A stretch of DNA of 64,000 nucleotides from a virus: IMG/VR virus record IMGVR_UViG_3300006802_000073, positions 64,001 to 128,000 of that record; one strand, 5' to 3'. Position numbers and translations under genes: made by a program. The notes under the pieces were generated by a model. It was not told where the DNA came from. It made no database searches and saw nothing but the letters and a program-made list of their open reading frames with translations. This document shows positions 1 to 8,409 of this stretch, piece by piece (within the stretch, counting starts at the first letter, position 1; each line of letters starts with the position of its first letter).

Positions 1-757
1 GTAAATGACTATAATCTGCTAATTTTTTGTGCTCATTTTCCGCCATACGCATATGAGATTCAAATTCTTTTTGATGTTCTGGTGAATAATGCGATTTTTT
101 AGAATCATAATTGGGACTAATTAAATGTACATCTGGATGTTTTGTAAAATGACTAGTATCAGCATTATATTCTGCTTTCATATCTTCTAATTTATTTCCA
201 TGATAAGCAGTATGAACAACTACACCAATCTTTGCATTCTTTATTGCTTGACCATGTTCAGAATTCTTTTTTGCTGAATATGTTATAGTATTTGGTTTAA
301 AATGATAAGAATCTCGTGATGAACTAACATCATTATCACTCTTGGAATACATAAAATCGCCCTGATAAACACCAGTATGTGGAGTAACTTTTGGTAGATG
401 TGTTAGAGCAGATTTAAGTTTTGATACTAAACCTGGTGCATGACCATGGTTCTTTTCTATATCATCTGTTGTATAATTTAACTTTGGATTCTTATTGAAA
501 GCTGATTTTGAGGCGACAAAGAATCTTTTATTCTCTGGATGATATCCGAAAACAATGCTAGGTGAACCATCATATTTAGTTGATATAGAGACTTTAGATC
601 CTTTACCTCGCAGTGCATCATGCACACCCATAAGAGTAGTTTTCGCATGATTAAATCCTGCCTCCCCCGCATTGATAGGATGATCCTCTGCATGCTCCAG
701 ATGTTTTAACTTTTCTTCTGTGGCAGCTTCTGTTAAAAAAGTTTGAAATGATAACAT
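1..757 (-). CDS. DUF6267-like conserved T4-superfamily protein (runs off window edge; missing from ORF track)
   Basis: ATG at 757 overlaps upstream TAA; reads MLSFQTFLTEAATEEKLKHLEHAEDH...STKYDGSPSIVFG...FFVASKSAFNKNPKLNYT...YQGDFMY, open to position 1. Confidence 0.75.
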   Translation of the reverse strand, partial: MLSFQTFLTEAATEEKLKHLEHAEDHPINAGEAGFNHAKTTLMGVHDALRGKGSKVSISTKYDGSPSIVFGYHPENKRFFVASKSAFNKNPKLNYTTDDIEKNHGHAPGLVSKLKSALTHLPKVTPHTGVYQGDFMYSKSDNDVSSSRDSYHFKPNTITYSAKKNSEHGQAIKNAKIGVVVHTAYHGNKLEDMKAEYNADTSHFTKHPDVHLISPNYDSKKSHYSPEHQKEFESHMRMAENEHKKLADYSHL

Positions 758-2088
758 TATTTTACCTTAAGTTCGTAATTTATTAAACCTTGTTTAGACT
801 CAATATCTGAAATTGCTGACTTACTACCAATAATGTTTATAGAAACATCTCCAGATTTTGTTAATGAATATATGATTTCACCTTCCTTCCATCTATCTAT
901 ATTTAAATTTGCCTGATAAAATTCTTTACCAGCAAGAACATCTAACATAAAGTTTACAGATTTGGAGTCAGAATTTAATTCTGACGATATTTGTCTATTG
1001 AAAAATGCAGTAATTGATTTTGGAAGATTAATTTTTATATTTGTTTCTAAATTTTTTATTGATTTTATAGCATCAACTACTGTACTACTTTCTTTAGTTA
1101 AATTTTTATCTGTCGTAGAAGTTTTTATATTAGTATACACATCATATGTATTTTTTACTTTAGTTGCAGGTATTCCTAAAATAACTCGTACTCCATACTC
1201 ATAAACTATATTTTTAGCTCCCTTGTTTCTTAAAAGATCTGCAGAGGTTATGTTTAATTTTTTAGTAATATCTGCTATTTCTTTTATAGTGGAGTTTGAG
1301 GGTAAGTATTGATACTTATCTAAGGCAATAGGAAGAAGATTACCAAAAAAAGATGCTTTGGCACCCACACCAAATTTATTAGAGATAGGGTATAATCCTG
1401 TAGTTGTTTTTATAAATGTATCAACACCTTTAAAACTGGATTCATCGGGAATAAAAAAATACTTAGGTGTGCCTTTAATTACAGGATATGAAGAAGGTGA
1501 TTTTAGAATGATATATCCTAAGAGTAATTCACCCAAATATTTACCTAATTCATTTATTTCTGGGGGTAAAACTTCAGTGTTCCAAGTAATTTTTTTAGGA
1601 TTAGAACTTTTAAAGTAATTTTCAAGCACTAAAAGTATGCCAGAATTATCTCTGTTTACCTTAGGATTTTTTCTTAAATTTGCAAGAATAGAATTAGCTA
1701 ATTGACTAGCTGTAGTAAACGAATATCCTGGTATTTTCATACCATTATACTCAAATATATCCTTTTTTCCCAAAGTTATTAGTGTATTGGACTGAATACC
1801 TAATAACTCGGTCGCCCCACCCTTTGAGATATCAATAGGTTTAGAAACAAAAGATTCGTGGATATAGCCAATAGTTTCTATGTTATTTTTTTTATATAAA
1901 ATTTTATACTTAGGGGAAAAATCTTTTACCGCGGGAACAATAATTGGAGTATTAGCATATATTGTATCAATTACGATTCCCTTCTCATTAGTTATTTTTA
2001 CTTGTTGTTTATCTTTTCCCTTGACAAAGGTAGATATCTCTTTATCTTTGAAATATTTTTCAAATTTTTCTTTACCGCGAGAAGCCAT
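757..2088 (-). CDS. hypothetical late protein, possible PD-(D/E)xK-like C-terminal domain
   Basis: 443-aa ORF behind a TATAAATA late promoter; YLGELL...IPDESSFKGVDTFI...ISNK pattern is nuclease-like (weak). Confidence 0.5.
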   Translation of the reverse strand: MASRGKEKFEKYFKDKEISTFVKGKDKQQVKITNEKGIVIDTIYANTPIIVPAVKDFSPKYKILYKKNNIETIGYIHESFVSKPIDISKGGATELLGIQSNTLITLGKKDIFEYNGMKIPGYSFTTASQLANSILANLRKNPKVNRDNSGILLVLENYFKSSNPKKITWNTEVLPPEINELGKYLGELLLGYIILKSPSSYPVIKGTPKYFFIPDESSFKGVDTFIKTTTGLYPISNKFGVGAKASFFGNLLPIALDKYQYLPSNSTIKEIADITKKLNITSADLLRNKGAKNIVYEYGVRVILGIPATKVKNTYDVYTNIKTSTTDKNLTKESSTVVDAIKSIKNLETNIKINLPKSITAFFNRQISSELNSDSKSVNFMLDVLAGKEFYQANLNIDRWKEGEIIYSLTKSGDVSINIIGSKSAISDIESKQGLINYELKVK

Positions 2089-2113
2089 CTACGTAATCCG
2101 TGGTTTATTTTAA

Positions 2114-2121
2114 TATTTATA
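2114..2121 (-). promoter_or_regulatory. T4-type late (gp55) promoter
   Basis: TATAAATA on minus strand, between the terminator and the 2088 start. Confidence 0.75.
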
Positions 2122-2125
2122 CAAT

Positions 2126-2149
2126 AAAAAAGGGCGCCAAAGCGCCCTG
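2126..2149 (-). terminator. intrinsic terminator
   Basis: AGGGCGC-TTTG-GCGCCCT followed by a T-run on minus strand. Confidence 0.85.
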
Positions 2150-2171
2150 AAAAATTTATCTACCTCTACGT

Positions 2172-2414
2172 TTACTCAAAAAATTGAGTACCCGCTAGCC
2201 TATACGCAAAACTTACCATACGTTGATTAGGACGCCCAAGACGATAACTGGTGCCCTTCTTACTAGTATTAGTGTAAATTGCCATACCAGCATCACGTAG
2301 TTCAGCAACACGTGCTGGAAGATTCTTCACTCCAAAAAGACCTCGGGCTTGGGCTTGATTCAACTTACGACCTGTCTTAAAATACGATACTAACTTCTCA
2401 TTTTGAGTTTTCAT
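2172..2414 (-). CDS. small winged-helix/HTH DNA-binding protein
   Basis: LNQAQARGLFGVKNLPARVAELRDAGMAI...YRLG HTH pattern; GGAG RBS. Confidence 0.65.
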   Translation of the reverse strand: MKTQNEKLVSYFKTGRKLNQAQARGLFGVKNLPARVAELRDAGMAIYTNTSKKGTSYRLGRPNQRMVSFAYRLAGTQFFE

Positions 2415-2432
2415 TCAAGATACTCCATAAAA

Positions 2433-2858
2433 TTATACTGCATATTGTTTGATTTCTTCAATCATTAGATCATCTTCCTCATCTTTACTAGGCTTAGATC
2501 CAATAACTACCTTGGGTTGCTTCACTGCCTTTTCCTTCTTAGAAACAGGCTGAGTCTTCTTAACAGACTTCTTGTTTTTTGTGGGTTTGGCTGACGAAAC
2601 CTTAACAGTTGTCAGACCCATCTTCTTATCATAAGTTTGATTGATAATAGCTTCGTAATCTTTGAACTTATCATTCTTTAGAAGCTTCTCGCAAATCTGC
2701 GCCTTAGTGAACTTTTCATCAAACTCTACCAACTCAATATCCGTATGCCCAGCTTTAATCATAGCCTTAATACGAGTTACCATATCACCTTGACCTACAC
2801 GGACTTTGAACTTACCCAGACGCTTAGACACACCACCAAAATTATACTTTGCATTCAT
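2433..2858 (-). CDS. hypothetical protein with Lys-rich tail (start moved to MNAKYNF)
   Basis: GAGG RBS and early promoter directly upstream of ATG at 2858. Confidence 0.65.
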   Translation of the reverse strand: MNAKYNFGGVSKRLGKFKVRVGQGDMVTRIKAMIKAGHTDIELVEFDEKFTKAQICEKLLKNDKFKDYEAIINQTYDKKMGLTTVKVSSAKPTKNKKSVKKTQPVSKKEKAVKQPKVVIGSKPSKDEEDDLMIEEIKQYAV

Positions 2859-2888
2859 AATATATGCACCTCTCAAGTTAAAAAAACA

Positions 2889-2917
2889 ATTATAACACCC
2901 TACTATACTTCTGTCAA
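2889..2917 (-). promoter_or_regulatory. sigma70-type early promoter (17-bp spacer)
   Basis: TTGACA-N17-TATAAT. Confidence 0.8.
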
Positions 2918-2986
2918 TCAATACAGAATAAAAAGAACGGGAAAAAGTACAACTGCAGTGATAAAAATTACTTTGTCCATATTCAT
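2918..2986 (-). CDS. possible 22-aa hydrophobic micropeptide
   Basis: MNMDKVIFITAVVLFPVLFILY*; only ORF between two tandem promoters. Confidence 0.35.
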   Translation of the reverse strand: MNMDKVIFITAVVLFPVLFILY

Positions 2987-3018
2987 TTTCCCGCATCCTT
3001 CTATCATCGTAAAACCAT

Positions 3019-3046
3019 ATTATACATGTTCTATACTAAATGTCAA
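3019..3046 (-). promoter_or_regulatory. sigma70-type early promoter (16-bp spacer class)
   Basis: TTGACA-TTTAGTATAGAACATG-TATAAT. Confidence 0.8.
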
Positions 3047-3091
3047 GCTTTTTTTTAAACTTTTTACATTAAAAAAACACTTTAAAATCAA

Positions 3092-3679
3092 TTATTTAGA
3101 TCTTATAGGATTGTGTGGTATCCCTAGCATCACTTTAGTATGCCACTCTCCTCCAATTTTTCTTTGGTAAAAATGATGTTTTAGTTCTGGATGTTTCTGA
3201 AGCTCGGGATCATCATGTGGTGGTTTGCGTAATTCTTCTTTTGCTAATTTAGCTGCTTGATGGCGCGGAATAGCAAAATCTCTGACATTGGGAAGATGTT
3301 TTTTTAAAAAAGATAGAGAGGGACCAGAAACTTCACCATACGATCTTTTTTGTTTGAAATCATCTTTCATCATAGATGCTAATCCACGTTTACCCGCATC
3401 TGTTCCATCTGTAGCTATAGCAACACGCTTTCTACCTTCTTTATCTTTATATAGTTGAACAGAACGAACTTTTCCACCTTCTTTATGTAATTTCCACATC
3501 GGTATTTTCTTTACCATATCTTCTTTTGATTCAAATCCCGAACCATGAATTCCACCTAAAGGCTTATATGCTGTCTGAAGCATATTCCACACATGATCAG
3601 CATGTTCATGCTTTTCTTTTTCATGTTGAGGAAGAAGATTGATGAATCTTTCTTCTAGAAAGGATTTAAACTCATTCAT
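3092..3679 (-). CDS. hypothetical protein, possible head-packaged protein
   Basis: 195-aa ORF; N-terminus MNEFKSFLEE resembles T4 internal-protein capsid-targeting sequence. Confidence 0.55.
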   Translation of the reverse strand: MNEFKSFLEERFINLLPQHEKEKHEHADHVWNMLQTAYKPLGGIHGSGFESKEDMVKKIPMWKLHKEGGKVRSVQLYKDKEGRKRVAIATDGTDAGKRGLASMMKDDFKQKRSYGEVSGPSLSFLKKHLPNVRDFAIPRHQAAKLAKEELRKPPHDDPELQKHPELKHHFYQRKIGGEWHTKVMLGIPHNPIRSK

Positions 3680-3690
3680 TTTAATTATCC

Positions 3691-4230
3691 TTAGTAATAA
3701 GTGTTGTATATTTTACGAATAATTTTATTTATTGGGTTAAAATCTTTGAAACGGTGTTTTTCTTGAGCAAAAGTATAAATTTTTGGATGAAATCTTTCAT
3801 AATACTCTAAAGTTTCTCGAGGATCTAAAACCTCATCCTGCAGACCTAAAATCAAAGTTCTATAACATACATTAGAACAGTGTTCAAGCCGCTCATTGAT
3901 AATTTTTTCATATGATAAAAAACTATCAGTATTTTCTTGATACTTTTTAAGTGATATATGTGGTTGAGTGGCTGGGTTGATTAGCACCATTCTATATGCA
4001 TATTTACATGCAAAATAATTAGCCCAAAACCCACCCAAACTAGAACCTACAATAAGAATATCATCATCTAAATGAGGGGTAAGTTGCTCCATAATTTGTT
4101 TATATGATACATCTGCATCTATAGTATCATATTGAATCAATTTCATTGGAATGCTATCAGGAATTCCCTCTTTAATCTTACCAAAAGTTTCTAATCCAGT
4201 ACTATTATAACCGTGAATATATATGATCAT
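3691..4230 (-). CDS. YqiA/YcfP-like alpha/beta-hydrolase (esterase)
   Basis: IYIHGYNS, nucleophile elbow GSSLGG, LINPA, DEVLD, HRF. Confidence 0.85.
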   Translation of the reverse strand: MIIYIHGYNSTGLETFGKIKEGIPDSIPMKLIQYDTIDADVSYKQIMEQLTPHLDDDILIVGSSLGGFWANYFACKYAYRMVLINPATQPHISLKKYQENTDSFLSYEKIINERLEHCSNVCYRTLILGLQDEVLDPRETLEYYERFHPKIYTFAQEKHRFKDFNPINKIIRKIYNTYY

Positions 4231-4379
4231 AATGTTATAAAGGTGTAAGAAAATACCATAAAGAAGAAAAAGAATCTTACTATATATGTTACAAATGTAG
4301 GTTCTTCTATCAGAAACGTAGCTAAAAAGGCTAAAGAAAAGTACAATGCTGTTGTACTCATATATGTATCAGGACTCAT
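4227..4379 (-). CDS. 50-aa hydrophobic membrane peptide (not in ORF track)
   Basis: MSPDTYMSTTALYFSLAFLATFLIEEPTFVTYIVRFFFFFMVFSYTFITL*; ATGA overlaps on both sides. Confidence 0.5.
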   Translation of the reverse strand: MSPDTYMSTTALYFSLAFLATFLIEEPTFVTYIVRFFFFFMVFSYTFITL

Positions 4380-4537
4380 CGTTTATATTCTTTTTGCATT
4401 TTAGTGCTTGTAACAATTAGATGCCATCCGCTGAAATTTTCTAAAAGTTCTTGTGCTTGTTTAAAAGTGATATTATCAAATTTAAGAGGTTTGCCGGAAT
4501 AATTGTTCAGTTTTACTGAGATTTGTGGTTGTTTCAT
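4376..4537 (-). CDS. 53-aa hypothetical protein (not in ORF track)
   Basis: MKQPQISVKLNNYSGKPLKF...; ATGA overlaps on both sides. Confidence 0.5.
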   Translation of the reverse strand: MKQPQISVKLNNYSGKPLKFDNITFKQAQELLENFSGWHLIVTSTKMQKEYKR

Positions 4538-4944
4538 TTTTTCACTCCAATCTTCTTTAGAACCGCATCATTATGTTTACAGTTTTTTCTGAACTGAAAT
4601 CCCAGGCAATCACATCTACCCCGCATTCCGTCAACAGTAACCGTATATTGTTTTTTTGAACTTTTACTAGTAATTTTGAAAATTCTTGTAACAGATTCTT
4701 CTATTTTTCTAGCCGAACCACTAAGATATTGTATCTCTGATACATTTTTCAATCTAATAATTGATTTAGGATACTTCGGATTTCCTGTTTCAATATTAAA
4801 CTCATCTCCTTGCATCCATGACTCTGGACGAATGATACGCCCAGTAAAAGTTTTGTATTCATATTCTGCATCAGAGTAGTAATATGTATTAGGAAACTTC
4901 GTCACTACTCTGACAACAGAACCTATCTCCGGCATAGATATCAT
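4534..4944 (-). CDS. SWIM zinc-finger protein
   Basis: YTVTV...CDCLGFQFRKNCKH (CxC-xn-CxH). Confidence 0.75.
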   Translation of the reverse strand: MISMPEIGSVVRVVTKFPNTYYYSDAEYEYKTFTGRIIRPESWMQGDEFNIETGNPKYPKSIIRLKNVSEIQYLSGSARKIEESVTRIFKITSKSSKKQYTVTVDGMRGRCDCLGFQFRKNCKHNDAVLKKIGVKK

Positions 4945-4973
4945 AACGATTCTTCCACTAAGTATACACCTAT

Positions 4974-5001
4974 ATTATACAGATTCTATAAAAAATGTCA
5001 A
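4974..5001 (-). promoter_or_regulatory. sigma70-type early promoter (16-bp spacer class)
   Basis: TTGACA-TTTTTTATAGAATCTG-TATAAT. Confidence 0.8.
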
Positions 5002-5022
5002 GCAGATTGTAATCTATTGATT

Positions 5023-5676
5023 TTAAAGGAATTTTTCTTTGATTAAAGGTAACCACTTGTAAGTTTTAAGTAAAAGCACGGCTTTGATATGATTCCATCT
5101 CGCCCCTTTAAATGTTGTAGAGTATAGATTCCATGTATATAACTTCTTATATTTACTCAAGTTATTTAATATAGTTTTGTAATTATCCTCAGGATAATAA
5201 TAAATAATCTCCATAGCAAGATCATGGGAATAAGCATCTATCTCTTCAACAATAGCCAAATATTCCATAGAAGATAATCCGCGTTTAGCGGATCCTTTAG
5301 AGAAGTTATATTGTGTAGTATAAAATTTTTCTTGTTTTTTAGCGTGCTGAAATTTATGTATTAATTCGTGCTGTAAAGTCTGATTCAATTGGAAGAGGAA
5401 ACTTTCTTTTCTTTTTTTTGAAAGATATATCTGTTGTTTATTCTGATTTATAAATAAAAAAATAGTTATAGGTTGTCTATTAGTAGAAAAGTCATATTCT
5501 CCACCAATAGCAAACAGTTTATTTTTAGAAAGTGATCTAAGTTCTATAATTACTTTTGCGCCAAATGGCTTAATAATAAACTCTAAATTTTCTTTAAATT
5601 GGCTAATTGTAAATTTGCCTGTTAACTTATCGGAATACTTATTCAATCTTTTCCAGATTTTTGGTCCTAGATGCAT
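5023..5676 (-). CDS. putative zinc metallopeptidase-like protein
   Basis: HELIH (HExxH) plus downstream EEIDAY; late promoter upstream. Confidence 0.55.
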   Translation of the reverse strand: MHLGPKIWKRLNKYSDKLTGKFTISQFKENLEFIIKPFGAKVIIELRSLSKNKLFAIGGEYDFSTNRQPITIFLFINQNKQQIYLSKKRKESFLFQLNQTLQHELIHKFQHAKKQEKFYTTQYNFSKGSAKRGLSSMEYLAIVEEIDAYSHDLAMEIIYYYPEDNYKTILNNLSKYKKLYTWNLYSTTFKGARWNHIKAVLLLKTYKWLPLIKEKFL

Positions 5677-5705
5677 AATGCACTCCTTAAAGTGTATACA
5701 TAGAG

Positions 5706-5713
5706 TATTTATA
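5706..5713 (-). promoter_or_regulatory. T4-type late promoter
   Basis: TATAAATA overlapping the gp41 stop. Confidence 0.65.
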
Positions 5714-7082
5714 TTTTGATATCTGAATAATTCCTTTCAAATTTTCTATTAAGATTAAAAGATTCTTCCTCGCCCGCATCAGTGATACCTTTTTGTGCAG
5801 ATTCTTCTAGATCATATAATCGCATCTTTGCTCTATCTATACCCAAAAGAAATCTTTTATTTTTAGAAGGATCACGATATCTGCTTTTAAGTTGTTTAAC
5901 CATAACCTGGCTTTGTTTTTCCAGATCTTCAGTATTAATTAACGCAAACATAAAATCTGCAGTTGCTGGTAAACCAAAACTTTCAGATGTATCTGTTAAT
6001 TCTACATCTGTATTACTATAACCCGATCTTGTAGTTTGTGTTGCTGACCAAATTGGAACATTAAATTCAACTGCCAATCCTCTCAATTCTTCAGCAATCG
6101 ATTTAATAATAATATAAGAGTTTGCTCCTGAACTAGGTTTAAACCGTGAACTAGAACAGATGTTAAGATAATCAATAAAGATGGCATCTGGTATAAAGTT
6201 TCTCTTTAACTTCAGTTCATTTAATAAAGTTTTAAAATGACCAACATGTGCTGAAGCAGTTGGATACTCTTTAATAATTAATTTACCATTAGTTTTATTT
6301 GTTATCTTTGCTACTCTATCAATGAAAATATGTTTAGGTAAATCTTTTAGTTGATCAATTTGTGTATTAAGTAAGTTTGCATCAATTCTTTCAGCAATTC
6401 TTTCTTCTGCCATCTCCAATGTAATATATAAAATATTTTTACCTTGATTTAGATAAGAAGAAGCTACATGACATAGAAATAAGCTCTTCCCCCCACCAGT
6501 GCCAGATAAAATAATATTTAAAGTTTTATTTGGAATACCATTATTTGTGATCAAATTCATATAATGTAAATCAAATGGAATTCTTGCCTCTACACGATTA
6601 TAAAACTCAAATCTACTTTCAGCATCATCTAAATAATCATGCCCTACAGAAGTATCAAAACATACACTTAATGCTTCTTGAAGCAAAGATGGAATTCCAT
6701 CTTTAGAATGTACTTTGTCTCTACCATCAATAATACTAATGGAGTTTACAATAGCATTATAAACAGCTCTATCTTTACAATATTTTTCTGTTTCGTTCAA
6801 TAACCATTCTATATTAGATTCTTTTGTTGTTAATGTATCTAGATGATTAATGAGATCAGAATAAGTATCCTCATTTAAAGTTTTATCATTATGAAAAGCA
6901 ATAGTTAAAGCATCTTTAGATGGCTGTGTATTATACTTTTCTATAAATTCTGATATATGCTTGAAAAGACTCTTTGTAGTAGATTCTGTAAAATATTCCT
7001 CCTTGAGAAAGGGGATAACCTTTCTCATATAATCTTCGTTGTGAATTAAGTTAGATAAAATTGTTTGTTCAATACTTGTCAT
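5709..7082 (-). CDS. gp41: replicative DnaB-like helicase (T4 gp41)
   Basis: Walker A SGTGGGKS, YITLEMAEERIAERIDAN, IFIDYLNIC, SATQTTRSG, SESFGLPATADF. Confidence 0.97.
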   Translation of the reverse strand: MTSIEQTILSNLIHNEDYMRKVIPFLKEEYFTESTTKSLFKHISEFIEKYNTQPSKDALTIAFHNDKTLNEDTYSDLINHLDTLTTKESNIEWLLNETEKYCKDRAVYNAIVNSISIIDGRDKVHSKDGIPSLLQEALSVCFDTSVGHDYLDDAESRFEFYNRVEARIPFDLHYMNLITNNGIPNKTLNIILSGTGGGKSLFLCHVASSYLNQGKNILYITLEMAEERIAERIDANLLNTQIDQLKDLPKHIFIDRVAKITNKTNGKLIIKEYPTASAHVGHFKTLLNELKLKRNFIPDAIFIDYLNICSSSRFKPSSGANSYIIIKSIAEELRGLAVEFNVPIWSATQTTRSGYSNTDVELTDTSESFGLPATADFMFALINTEDLEKQSQVMVKQLKSRYRDPSKNKRFLLGIDRAKMRLYDLEESAQKGITDAGEEESFNLNRKFERNYSDIKI

Positions 7083-7365
7083 CCGTGTCCTTTATAGCTC
7101 TAGCAATAAAATCAGAAATGATACATTCTATTAATTCATCAAAATCTTTTGTTTTCATTTCTTCAGTTGATATTGTATCAGGAGTATTGAGAAAATGAAA
7201 TCCTACATCTAAACTTTCATCCTTATAATCAATATTCTCAATCTCTATTACTGTATCTTTGAACTTACCCTTTAAGATTTCAAATCCCCAATGTGGAACT
7301 TTTTCTTCTTTAGTTTCTTCTAAAGAATAATCTACATTCCAAACTCTATAAACATCATTCAACAT
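7069..7365 (-). CDS. hypothetical protein at the T4 gp40 position
   Basis: between uvsX and gp41 as gp40 is in T4; GAGGAG RBS 7 nt before ATG 7365. Confidence 0.5.
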   Translation of the reverse strand: MLNDVYRVWNVDYSLEETKEEKVPHWGFEILKGKFKDTVIEIENIDYKDESLDVGFHFLNTPDTISTEEMKTKDFDELIECIISDFIARAIKDTDDKY

Positions 7366-8401
7366 TTTCATACTCCTCATCAATATCTGAATCAGAGTTC
7401 ACCATATTAGTTTGACTCATCTTATAGGTTTGTTCAATATATTGCTTAAATTCATTTGATTCTATAATAGAAGACCAAAATTCTTTTGTATAGGTATCTT
7501 TTTGTCTATATTTGGAAGTATCTCCTGCTTTTTGATACCATCCATTGCTAGGTTTAGTAACAAATCCACCTTCAAGGGCGATATCAAGTAATCCTGACCA
7601 TTTGCTAATGCCACCTTCAAATGATACCTCAACAGGAATTTTTGATTTTTCTCGCACATGACGAGATTTCTCTACATTGATAATAAACTTATAACCTGTA
7701 AGCTCAGAACCATCTTTTTCTTGTTGTCGTCCGATAATATAGATGTTATCACTACCATAATATGCACCGGTTCCTCCACCTACAATATCTTTAGGAAACA
7801 TACCAATTTCTTTATAAGTATGATTAACTACAATCATAGGGATATTTTTAATTGTCAGATGTGGAGTAACCATTCTAAATAAAGACTTTAATTGTTTTGC
7901 TCTAGACATATCAGCAACAGATTTACCTTCTAAAGCATCTTCAACCTCTTTCTTTGATGCAAGATTACCGATAGAGTCAATTACAACTATAACACGATCA
8001 TTTCTATTAATATTAGATAATTGAGACATTACATCATGTTTTAATTGCTCAATATCTGTAATCGGAGTATGTAAAACTTTATCTGTATCAATACCAAATG
8101 ATTTAAAATATGTTTGTGGAGAGCCAAATTCTGAATCATAAAACAATACAACAGCATCTTCATATTTGGTAAGATAAGATTTAGCTAACATCAAGGAGAA
8201 AGCACTTTTAAAATGTTTTGAAGGTCCTGCAAACATAGTAAGACCTGGTGCTAATCCTCCATCTAAACTACCAGATAAAGCAACATTTAAAATTGGAATT
8301 GGTGTAGGAATTAAATCCTTTTCAATGAAGAATTTCGATTCAGTGAGAATTTCTGATTCTTTAATTGTAGATGATTTTTTTAATTTTTCTAGTAATGACA
8401 T
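7355..8401 (-). CDS. uvsX: RecA-like recombinase UvsX
   Basis: AGPSKHFKS, FYDSEFG, IDSIGNLASKKE, VADMSRAK. Confidence 0.97.
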   Translation of the reverse strand: MSLLEKLKKSSTIKESEILTESKFFIEKDLIPTPIPILNVALSGSLDGGLAPGLTMFAGPSKHFKSAFSLMLAKSYLTKYEDAVVLFYDSEFGSPQTYFKSFGIDTDKVLHTPITDIEQLKHDVMSQLSNINRNDRVIVVIDSIGNLASKKEVEDALEGKSVADMSRAKQLKSLFRMVTPHLTIKNIPMIVVNHTYKEIGMFPKDIVGGGTGAYYGSDNIYIIGRQQEKDGSELTGYKFIINVEKSRHVREKSKIPVEVSFEGGISKWSGLLDIALEGGFVTKPSNGWYQKAGDTSKYRQKDTYTKEFWSSIIESNEFKQYIEQTYKMSQTNMVNSDSDIDEEYENVE

Positions 8402-8409
8402 AACATTTC

